Assembly: GCA_000182565.2 (NCBI GenBank)
Contig: KQ257468.1
Source: Spizellomyces punctatus DAOM BR117
Taxonomy: Eukaryota
DNA length: 44,171 nt
Strand: one strand, 5' to 3'
The translations under genes and the position numbers were made by a program. Below the pieces are notes generated by a model, which was given only the letters and a program-made list of their open reading frames with translations, did no database searches and was not told where the DNA came from. How positions within the stretch are numbered: the first letter of the stretch is position 1; the number at the start of each line of letters is the position of its first letter. This document shows, piece after piece, positions 26,261 to 37,000 of this stretch.

Positions 26261-28142
26261 CTATGTAAAAACTATTCGATTATCCAAAGTTGGTGCTACT
26301 ACTGGTAATCCGTCACGATACTCTATTACTACCTTGTTGCGTGCCCGTGCGCCTCTTTCAGAAAAGTCCCCGCTAACATCAAACGTCTCGATCAACATGG
26401 CCGTTTCGGTAATACCCGCTTCTGGTCCAATGACATGATCCGATTTACAAAATGCATCATAACCATCATACCCGTCCGCAATAAAATTGACCATCGCAAC
26501 ATCGTATTCTTTGGAAGGATCCACCGGCTCACGCAATCCATCAGTATAGTAAAATGCGGAGACAATCCGTTGTTCCTCTGGCCGAGATAAATCGACGATA
26601 ATCTGAAGTCCGGAGAGCTGCAAAAATCGGCCATCCATTCGAGAGTCACCGACGCTGTTTTCCAGGGCAGTGAGCAAGTCGCGACCGGAGATACGCTTGA
26701 CGACAAAGATGTTTCCAAACGGTAAAATGCCTGTGGGCAACCGAGAGTCAGTGTTAGCAGTGCTTCCGGCCCGCGTTCAGAATCTTACCAAACACATCTT
26801 GGACGGTCAATTTCCCATTGTGGATGATCTTGTTGCATCTGATGCTACCCGAATTCACCACTGCGATATCACAGCTATAATACGCACGCAGAATGTCCGC
26901 TAGAAAGTTGCCCATATTTGTCTCCATCGTTCGTCCGACTACCGAACGGCATTCCAGTTCGACGTCACAGTACAGTAGCTCTCGGTCAGTGATAGCGTTC
27001 ATCTCCTTTTGAATTGTCGCGATTATTGCTTGCATTGATTCGTCCTTCGGGTGGCTCATACTATGTATACGCTCGACTGTTTTGGGAAAGGAAGCGGTAA
27101 GAGACCAAGATGACCAAACAGCGCCCAGACTGCTACCGCAGCTGCCCACTCTACCAGACACATCCAGGATACAAATCATTTCAGAATCCAGCTTCAGGCC
27201 CACGAGACTGAGTTCACAAAAGTCGCTGCCGCTTTTCACGATCGTGACACACTTATCTGTCGTATCAATCATGTACTCATGGTCATGCCCGCCCAAGATC
27301 AGATCAATATCTTTACATCCAGCTACCACCGTTCGGTCCTCAAGTAACCGCATATGGGTCAAGGCTATGACGAGATCTACTCTATACTCATCACGCAACA
27401 AGCGGCATACCCGTTGAGCTGTTACCACAGGATCAACGATGCGTACATCCGGCGGCAAATGTTGGCAGTTTGACGACCAGTCGCTAGAATAACGCAAATG
27501 GAAAAATACAGCTGGCCTTCAGTGGAAAGCAGGTAAATGTAGAGCGCCAAGGTCCTTACGTTCCCGCCAAGGCAAAGAAGCCCAGTTTGCAGCCTTGATG
27601 TGTGACGACCATATACTCCTTAGCATCTGCAAGCAATCTACCGGTCGAATCCACTACATTTGACATTAGCCACGGAAAATTGCAGGCACGCTTCAGCTCG
27701 AGCAAAACCTCTTCGCCAAAATCGAAATCTGGAACTAGATTAAATCCTTGTCGGCATGAAAACCCCAACTGTCCTTATCGTACCATGATTGCCATAACAT
27801 GCAATATCGACTTGAAGTTCATTCAACACGGGAACCATGTGCCGACCCTTCAGAACTGCAGCCTCAACTGATGGACTAAATGCGTCACCGCTGAAAACAG
27901 TTAGCGCACTTGGGTATTTGTCCCTTGCACGTTTTAGGGCGTGAGCGAAGCGCGGAAGATGGTTATTTCCAATATTATACTATCGCGGAACAAAGATGAC
28001 TAGATGCTTTTCAAGGATCCTAAACACATTGGCTTACCGCATCGTTGAAGTGGAGAAATGTTACCTTATCGGTATCCGCCGAGTCTACGTTGGTGCCATC
28101 ATGGGAAGATGATGATTCGCATAACCACGCGTCTACGCCCAT
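26261..28142 (-). CDS. 5'-nucleotidase / UDP-sugar hydrolase family (metallophosphoesterase + 5'-NT C-terminal domain), no signal peptide
   Basis: FLHFND, FSGDAFSPS, GNH|DFDFG, FPWLMSNV, IALTHM, ILGGHDH, KSGSDF, ETNMGNFLAD, NSGSIR, ILPFGN and GRFLQLSG. The start codon is uncertain. Confidence 0.9.
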
Positions 28143-28379
28143 ACCACTCGTCGTGAAACGATAATCACAATATGCGCACTCGTAGGAAGCGAGCGCGAGC
28201 GTTGGGCAGCACAAGTTCGCCGTGAGTGCACAGGGTCCAAACCTGATTGACAACAGCAGCTAAATTCTCCAACGAGCCCACTAGCAAGTTTATCTTGAAC
28301 GTAAAGTTGGAAGCCGCGCGTCTCGCGCAATTGACTCCATAAATGTCTCCAGCGGTATAAACTCGGCCCCATCTTGTTG

Positions 28380-30000
28380 TGGTTGTAAAGCCATTATCTG
28401 TTAATGACCTTCATGTACTGTGAACGTTCCAGCATGGCTGCGTAATTGCAAAACTGATGGTGCTCAGCCAGAATTAAGGATGAGCTTGGCACTTGCATAT
28501 CGGGCTACACGGGTGTCCCCACATGGGTTAAATTTCTAGAGTATTCAGAATTGAAAGAGCCATTCATTTGGGTTTGAACATTCTGTACGAATCTTGGCAC
28601 AATTCGGGCTTTGGAGATCATCCAGATGCACACATGCGTGTCAAATCTCCAGCTGCAAGCACAGTGCTAAACAACGGCTTGTGAAGGAGGACATACATAC
28701 TTGACAAACCTTCCAAGATACATGTACTTGCAAGGGAAAGGCGATTGCAAGCTGGGCTCTTAATTGTCGCAATCTAGCTCCTTCTGCCCATCATCAGGAA
28801 GCCAGTTTTCGGTCTTTTGCTGAATGGCAAAGTTGATTACAGCCAACCTCCTTTTAAAATGCTGACCTAGAAAAGTCTCAATGCTAACGGTGGATTATGG
28901 AGCAAAATGTCCAAACATTCTTACCGACAACAGCAGGCATCGTTTCGAAATTTCCTGCACCCTCCTAGCTACTCTGTTCTGGTCGGAAAACCAATCAAAA
29001 GATGTAACATATCCTGGTGGACAGAAAGCTTGCCCATGCTGTTGGGGCTCAGGCTTGAACCAGCATGCAAATTCATAGTGATGAAACGTCGGGGAGCTTG
29101 TCAAAATATGTGCTGCAGCATCCAAACCAGGATTGAAAACTGCAGGACTGGGAATGAAATGCCTACGACGGATCATGTACTTCTCGGGATTCATGACAAA
29201 CAAGGCTTCCAGTTATGGAAGGTTCGGTTGGCACTCCACAGCGTATTTCTTGAAGCAACCAACTAGGCGCTTCTTCTAATGGTTCTTTCTAGGGCTGACG
29301 GAACTGGAGAGTTGAGTGCCTCATTGGAAGACGCATCAACAAGTGATTTCAGATTATGGGGAATGCGAGTAAAATCCTCAACCTCTCTACCATCACGTTC
29401 CTCCAATATACCCTCTACTCCGTCATTCTAACTCGACACGCCATCACCTCCCTTGTAGTCATCATCATCCGTGTCACCACTGCCTCTGTGCGGGAACTAT
29501 CTGTAGAGCCCCCGAGGACTATATTTCGGCATAATGGGGACTCTCGGTATCCCTCCATCAACTGTGGGTGCAAAACCGAAGGAGGGACGGGGTGAACCAG
29601 AAGAAAGAGCGTGTTTAGGATTTCCGGAGCTTTGCTTGTTTCCTGCTTGTTGGCGGTTTGCAGTAACTTTCCAGGGTTTGGGCTGATCAAACAAACTAGG
29701 GAGTTCATTCTCCTCCCTGCTCCATGTAATACACATGGACAACTCATCGAGACCACTCACCGCCATTCTTTCTACTCCTCGCGCAAAAGCCGCTGTAACC
29801 TTTCAGGTCATGGGACACTTTAAAAACAGTGCTGACAATCGCCGGAACTACCCTCCTCTTTGGGCAAGATGTGGACAACATCGATATATAGAATTGCTGG
29901 AGTTTTCGTTGCGGTTTTTGATATTCTTAAGTACTTGGCTATGAAGAACGATCCACCAAAAAACTCGCTTCTTCCCACCGTGCTATCACCATCTCAAAAA
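28380..30000 (-). mobile_element. Possible highly decayed hAT-family transposase relic
   Basis: Broken frames give, in hAT order, DCQHC (BED-like), LFVMNPEKYMIRRR (cf. LNPxYxLPSR), NVWTF (cf. DxWTS) and KLIL..NYAAMLER (cf. TRWNSTYxMLER). No TIRs identified. Confidence 0.3.
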
Positions 30001-30553
30001 GGGTTAGGAGGGATAGTAGAAGCTAGCTTTTGAGCCTGATTCCTCGATACGTGCTACATCATGTGGTTTTGTAGTTAATCACTGCGTCTTTTGCTTTACT
30101 TGCTTCTTATATATGTGCTACCTACCCATCACTCCTATCGGGTTTGCACGCTAATCTGCTGTGCGCGCCTAGATGCTGACAGACAGACATTGTCTTTGTG
30201 GGAAGCTCTCATGAAAACAGTCATTCCGACATCTCTCGGTACTGCGTGGGAGCAAAACGGCAACGTGCTGCGGAAGGCAGGACGGAAGGAAGGCGCTCAA
30301 TCCTACGTGGCTCCTCGTCTATACTGAGGAATATCATAGTCGGTCATACCGACGGTGCGATATCGCATGTAAGCAGATATGTGGAAGCGCTCGCCACAAA
30401 ACGTCAACTTCTCAATGTCACATTTTAACAATCTAAGACTCATTAGGTTGTATGAAGGCTACTGACCATATGCATGTTCAATTTATATATGTAGGCAGGT
30501 ATGTATGCTGCTCCCAAGCACATTGCCCAACAGATTCCCTCGCCCTCCAAACA

Positions 30554-32063
30554 TCAGGCAACAGTCCGACTAGCTTTGGCCACCATAGCGGTGCTCGAAA
30601 ATGAATCGCCAAACATAGCTAATCCCAGAAGGCATGAAACCAGGACGGCGACAATTACAACACCCAGAACCGGTCGGCGTTTGGTGGCGTCAGCACTTTT
30701 GGAGGCAGGCCGAGTCGAACCTTCGCAGGAAGTGTTTTGTGTGGCATTGGGGCTCCGAGACGGACCGTAACCCAAATACAAGTAGCTAGACAGACACTCT
30801 TTGGTTAGCTATCGCCGGTACCTTCAATCAGCAGAAGATAAGATATACAATTGCTTACGTGCTGACGAACAGGACGATGCTTCCGACGGCTGTCAATAGT
30901 GTTATCGGCAATCCAAGAAGAACTGTCGACAACACGATCAGAAGGGCCGTTGTAACGGATTGGGCCAGGCACTTTATAACTGCATCCGCATCTGGAAGTC
31001 GACAACACATTTGATCAGTATTCTCCTTGCTGCCGGAAGTAGAACAACAAGGAGCGGCAAAAACGTACACTTATATACAGCGGTAATGACGAGTCCAATA
31101 ATCGAATTCATGAAAACGACCATCACGGCATTAAATTCGTCGTAGCCCTCGAAAAATCCGGGTTCCGTACTTCCTGGCCGCCAGGCAAGCCAGCAATAAA
31201 CCGTGACGTTGAGAAGGAAGCCACTCGCGTACAGAACCATATTTTGGGCGTGTATTGAGACTGGCTGCTTCAACAGATGGTCATTGATGCAGCTGCATAC
31301 CGAAGTAATGCAAGTGGAGATGAGGAGAAACGCGTAAAGTGAGATAGGGTAGACAGTTCCGCCGTCCCGATATTGCGTGACAATCAACCCGCACACCTGC
31401 AAGAAAGCTGAGCTCAATAACTCTTCTAAAAGGGAAATGAGGAAGTGACATTCCTTACCTGGAGGACTATTGCCATCCATTGCAATGAGCTGACAGTTCT
31501 TGCGAGAAAAAGATATAGGATTCCAGCTGAAATTAGTGTCGAGCCGGACTTGACGAGTTGAATGGTCCCAGGATCCGCCAGACGGAACAGATAGAATGTC
31601 AAATGGTTGTTAGTCCCATCTTTTATTTGAAATTTGTGAGATCGCGTTCGTGAGTACCCCGCAAGACGGCTATCATGGAGGTTAGAATGAAGCACCGTCA
31701 CTTACACATCAGGGTCAGCATCGCGATGCTCCTCATCATTTTTGGTGGCACTTCGTTAATCCAGCTTTGAAACAGTCCATTTACTTGACGGCGCCCCTTC
31801 CAGGTTTGTTCGTTAGGTACGAGACTGTAGGCATCCGGTCGACTTTTCAGCGACTTGCGGTAAAGCGCTGTCGAGATGCAGAACTTTGTAAATTCCGCAA
31901 GTGCCAATGCAGATGCTTGGGAAAATCTGTAATTTCCTTTCGCCTGAGATAGCTTGTAGACGAGCCCAATCGTGGTCTGTACAAGGACAAGACTCATGAA
32001 CGACAACATGGCCGGCCCGAAGCGGGCTACGAGCGCATGCGCTAGAGAATTCTGAGGCATCAT
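30554..32063 (-). CDS. Nucleotide-sugar transporter, SLC35A (CMP-sialic acid/UDP-Gal) family
   Basis: Four introns. AEFTKFCIS, YGTNNHL, ADPGTIQLVKSGSTLISA, LQWMAIVLQVCG, SIHAQNMVLY, GFFEGY and GLVITAVYKYADAVIK match the SLC35A (Nuc_sug_transp) pattern. Confidence 0.88.
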
Positions 32064-32180
32064 GTTTTTCAGAATAGCGGTAGATGAAGATGCACTGGGC
32101 ACCGAGCATAGATTTCTTCACGATTTTATAGAGTCGAAATTCGGACAGGCTACTACTCAAGTCGAGACTCGAGAGTAATT

Positions 32181-32215
32181 ACGCGTTGGTCGGAGGTGCT
32201 TACGATATGACGCGT
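32181..32215. promoter_or_regulatory. Paired ACGCGT (MCB-like) boxes in the divergent promoter of transporter / HAD-NTase
   Basis: ACGCGT at 32181-32186 and 32210-32215 within a 271-bp head-to-head intergenic region. Confidence 0.45.
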
Positions 32216-32334
32216 TTCTCGACTTCTGGGCCGTCGCCTCATAACATGTACTGCTGTCCAACTTGTCCGTACAAGTACTTTGGCTTGTGCCTCTCTGGGT
32301 GTTTACTCATAGAAAGGAATCATATGTGAAAAGC

Positions 32335-33970
32335 ATGAACACCCCAACCAGCACCAAAATCCGTTTGGTCGTCTTTGACCTTGACGGTGTTCTGTTCTCG
32401 TCGAAGGACCTGCACTATGTGGCTCTCAATCGAGCGTTGGAGATCGTCGGCCCCAAGTATGTGATCAATTATGAGGACCATTTGGCCCACTTTGACGGCC
32501 TTCCCACTAAAACGAAGCTGGATAAGCTCACTACTGAGCGGGGATTGGTAAGAGCCCCTTCGTTCCGTGGAAGCAAAGCCTCCAAGCGCTTCTTGTTCCC
32601 TAGTACTCTGTGCTCATGTCTCTTCATTTGGGTCGGCCTATTTTAGCCGGTGTCGAAACATGGAATGATCTGGGATCTGAAGCAACAGAAAACTTTCGAA
32701 GTGATTGCTGATACGTTTCAACCCGACGTTCGACTTCGAGCCGTTTTGCAAGGCCTCAAGGATGCTGGGTATCTCATCTACTGCGGTTCCAACAGTATTT
32801 ATAAGACCATTGAGGTAAGCAAATACTCGACTCAATCAAACACGCCTTTTTGCGGGAAGCTGATTTGGGAGCTCTCCACAGCTCATGCTCCGCAAGAAAA
32901 ATGTCCTCGATCTCTTTGACGCGATCATTAGCTGTGAAGATGTTACGCAACCCAAACCGAGTCCGGCCATTTACCTATGTGCGTGTCTGCGGGCCGGAGT
33001 CTCTCCAAAGGAAACTATCATCCTGGAAGATTCTCAGGTCGGACGCAAGTCTGCTCTTCTTTCCGGATGTCACCTCCTTCCAGTTGATGTTCCTGAAAAC
33101 GTTACACTAAAGAGTATCCTCAATGCAATTGGTGCTATTAACCGGTCCCAAGAAAATCAAGTTATGCGGGTGAAATGGCGGAGCCCCTTGAACGTGGTCA
33201 TTCCTATGAACAAGAGGGTGACACGCGTTGAGCGCTCCACTTTTGAATCATGTGTCGGCTCTGAAAGCGGGCCTCGGGTCACGACGAAAGAGGACCCAAC
33301 CACTACATGCCCCTCGTACTTGGCCCTGGTCAACGGCTGTCCTGTGCTCCAGCTGGCAGTCGAGAGTCTGCACGTAGACGCAAATTTCATCTTTGTAGTT
33401 CCACGCCGGGATTATGAAGAATATCACTTAAAGTACCTTTTGGCCGTACTGAAACCCAACTGCAAGGTGCTCGTGGCTGAAGAAGAGACTCTGGGACAAG
33501 CAGCCTCGGTGCTCTTAGCGAAACAGTACATAAATGATTCCACTCCACTCCTCATTGCCAACTGTACCCAACTCCTGGACTGGGACTCGCATACCTTCTT
33601 ATATCTCATGGATGAACCGGGAGTACAAGGCGGGATAGCAACCGTGGTTCGTTCCGATCCTCGTTATTCATACGTAAATGTGAACGAGAAGGGGTGGATC
33701 GTGGATGTTGCAGAGAAGCGAGTGATCTCCGACATTGCCACTGCCGGTGTTTATTATTGGCGGAGTGGATCCGACTTCGTCAAATACTCAGAAGAGATGA
33801 TGCGGGACCCCAAAAACATGGTCGACGGAGCGTACTACGTGAGTACAGCGTACAAAGGAGCTGTCATCGACGGAATGCACTTCAAAGCTGTCCCATGTAA
33901 TGGGTACTGGCCTTTGGGCCTCCCGGAGGATGTGGAAGCTTACCTGAAACAGACCAATACGGAAGAATGA
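32335..33970 (+). CDS. HAD-IA phosphatase fused to a degenerate BcbE-like sugar-phosphate nucleotidyltransferase domain
   Basis: Introns 32548-32646 and 32815-32881. HAD motifs FDLDGV, SNS, KPSP and EDS are intact. C-terminal domain LNVVIPM..TLGQAASVLLAK..PLLIANCTQ..YSYV..VAEKRVISDIATAGVYYWRSGSDFV..YYVS..LGLPED is homologous to the gene at 35882. Confidence 0.88.
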
Positions 33971-34256
33971 CCAGAGATGCAGGACAACGTCGAAAGCCTG
34001 TAATTTGTAGCTCTGCTTGGATGGGGCGTCTTGATTATCGCCATGCAGTGTTGTTTATTGAACTTAGCGCCTGGAACACTGATTTCCCCGGTAGAAATCA
34101 CTTCTGAGAGCAAGGTTATGCCCATGTACAAACAAAATATAACTAAATAGAGGAATGTCTACATAAGCACTTTTAATAATATCTTGGAAGTGTATCACAG
34201 ATGCGTTCGTGACACAGGCCTGCACCCGCCCAAAACAAAGTGATTGTCACGACTAA

Positions 34257-35559
34257 TTAGCGGCCATTGTTCTCTACTACATCCACGGTCACACACTCTG
34301 TGGGTTGCATTCTCCAGCTCGATCTACCGACCTGGAACTTCGATACGGTCAGTGTTCCAAAGAAGACGTCTTGCCATGCGTCGCTTGCGGCAATCAGGTG
34401 CTCGGGCGATACATCCGCGGAAAGACGCAAAATGGTTGAGTGCACAATGTCGTTTTGATACCGCCGAAATGGCAATCCTTCCTTCTCCAAGCGGCTTTCT
34501 ATTCGCTGCCGCCAGATATTCACGTCCACCGATGGGTATCCGAGCATGACAAGGCCGGTTGACACTGCCACCAAGCCAGACCACTTGATTGTGAGGGGTA
34601 ACAAGGTTGCCATTTCTTCCCGCAAGATGGCAAGATACTTTGACTGATGACAAGCAAATGTAGCACTGTGTTCCTCCCACTGTTCAAAACCAAGGATCTG
34701 CATAAATGTCCAATGAACGAACGAAATTGGGCCAGCAACGTCGTAGATGTTCTGGTTGCCCAATTCTTTGGCCAGGTATGTGTTCAAAGCTGACCAGGCA
34801 GGTGTCGGAGCAAAGTCATCGTAGTACGTATACACTGCAAGGCACCTCCGTTCGTCTATGAGAGTATGGTGCAGAAGCTTATCCACAATCAATGGGTTGA
34901 TGTAGTCGCTTTCTTTTTTGGTGCGATGCCCCACAAGCTTCTTTCTGTTCCGTGTCCGCATTTCGACATACGTAGCGTACAGTGTGGCGAAGTCTGTGCA
35001 TATGCCATAGCAGTTCCAAATGCCAGTTTGATGATCCGATCTTTCAGGCATGACCGAGATTGCTCCTTTTACCAACTCCCTGCCGGGATATGTCCAGATA
35101 CGGCCATCGGACGTTATAACGTGCGGGTCGATATCGTGTGAGAAAGAACGCAATACATCACGACGGCTCAGCAGATATGCCAGTGCATGTACATTCTTTG
35201 CATGACACCACAAATTACCAGCGTACTGGTCAAGGAACGAAGGTTCTATAGGAATCTCCGGCTCGTCGTGGCCAAAAAAGAGTTGGCCTGAATGGCGGTG
35301 CGAATGATGAATTCATTCATGTTAAGACATGAACCAGCCGTCATATTAGAGTCAGATGTGAAACCGTGCGCCTACCGTCTATGCTCCACACGTCCACCTC
35401 TACATCAAAACCCTGCGCAATGGCGTCCTGTATATACGGTAGCGTATTTTCCAATTCCTTCCTCGGCCCACGCGTATTGCCTCGGTGGGCAATAATGACT
35501 GGAACTTCTCTACCTCCAGCAGTTTCGGCGGTGTCGGCCAACATGACAGAGTTTTGCAT
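34257..35559 (-). CDS. GDPD/PI-PLC-like phosphodiesterase domain fused to a 2H-phosphoesterase-like domain
   Basis: One intron (35288-35375). N-terminal IIAHRGN..ENT..GFDVEVDVW..GHD..WCHAKN..TSDGRIWTYPG..VMPE..GICTD. C-terminal half has two HxT motifs (VHWTF, VHSTI) about 90 aa apart. Confidence 0.8.
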
Positions 35560-35640
35560 GAATTTAGCAGGAGTCCTTGCGATTGATGTTCCGTATTGGC
35601 GAATGACACGCGGTATTGTATAGGCAGCGACGAGGCCATC

Positions 35641-35736
35641 ACGCGTCAGCTATAGTTAGGTAAGCTTACGTACTTGAAGCGGTAAAGCGCGTTCGACCTT
35701 GGGGGACCATATGCCGATGGTTTAGGGGTAACGCGT
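35641..35736. promoter_or_regulatory. Paired ACGCGT (MCB-like) boxes in the divergent promoter of phosphodiesterase / NTase
   Basis: ACGCGT at 35641-35646 and 35731-35736, plus extra CGCG cores, in a 322-bp head-to-head intergenic region. Confidence 0.45.
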
Positions 35737-35881
35737 CCGCGTCCACGCTCACACTCTACTTCTTAAGCTCACCCGCTTCCTTGCTCGCGCTACTTGCATC
35801 CAAGCTATTCCAACCATATAAACCCTCCGCACTGCTTTTGTTCACATCCGTACGATGCTTTCCTCCACCAGCACTCCCCAG

Positions 35882-36781
35882 ATGGCTGTCCCCAAGGTAT
35901 GTCCAGCTAGGATCTAATGGAGCACACGGCTGCGCAGCCAGTACCTGGCGTCTCGCATATGCACTCATTCGCTAGCTGCGTACATAATAGACTGATCTTT
36001 TCTTAACCTTTCCACGCAGATCAACATTCTCATCCCCATGGCCGGCGCAGGCAGCCGATTTGCCAAAGCTGGATACAAGGATCCAAAGCCTCTCATCCCC
36101 GTCCGCGGCAAGCCCATGATCCAGGTTGTCGTCGACAATATGCGCGTCCCCGACGCGCACTTCATCTTTGTCGTCCAGCGAGAGCATTATGCACAGTACG
36201 ATTTGGGAAGAAAACTTAGCGCGATCGCTCCCGGTTGCGACATCGTCCAGATTGATGGCCTCACAGAAGGCGCAGCCTGCACCGTACTAAAGGCAAAGTC
36301 TTTGATCGACTCGGACGTACCCCTTTTGACCGCCAACTCCGACCAGTTCTTGGAATGGGACGCGGCCGAGTTCGTGGCCAGCATGACCGACGGTGTAGAC
36401 GGGGTTGTCTCTACCTTCATCAAGGACGAACCTGATGTCAAGTGGTCCTATGCTAAATTGGACGAATATGGCCACATCCAAGACATCCAAGAGAAGAAAC
36501 CCATCTCCAACATTGCCACAACAGGTATCTACATGTGGCGAAAGGGATCGGATTTTGTTCGCTACGCGCAGCAAATGATGGACGCCGGTGACAAGAGCAA
36601 CGGGGAATATTATGTAGCCCCAGTCTACAACTACGGCATTCGCGATGGAAAGAAATATATCACCAAGCATTGTGACCGGATGTGGGGAATTGGAGTTCCA
36701 GACGACTTGAACTTCTTTTTGGCGGAATACAAGAAGCCCTTGATCCGTCCACAAATTGTCGACGGTACAGCGGTTTTCTGA
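35882..36781 (+). CDS. BcbE-like sugar-phosphate nucleotidyltransferase (NTP_transferase/GT-A fold)
   Basis: Micro-exon MAVPK, then intron 35897-36019, then INILIPMAGAGSRFAKAGYKDPKPLI, TEGAACTVL, ANSDQ, KWSYAK, EKKPISNIATTGIY, NGEYYVAPVYN and GIGVPDDL. Confidence 0.92.
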
Positions 36782-37000
36782 CCTGTACATCCTCATTTAT
36801 GACGGATAATTGTATTGTATCATACCTGTATTCAAGGGTGTACAAAATGAATAAATGTAATCGATGCCACGGGAACGTCACCGGAGAGTTGGCGTTTGCT
36901 TGTTATTGTATAGCCACAGTATTAATTACGAACATCGTCTTAATAATGTAACAAGTTACATAGCATAATGTATACTGCCACAGCCAGATATGGCAGACCG

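Noticed and set aside
30554-36781. Sialic acid/Kdo (CMP-ulosonate) pathway suggested by the SLC35A transporter
   Set aside because: There is no NeuB/KdsA synthase, and the nucleotidyltransferase has the MAGxGSRF..PKPLI sugar-1-phosphate type motif, not the CMP-synthetase PARxGSKR motif.
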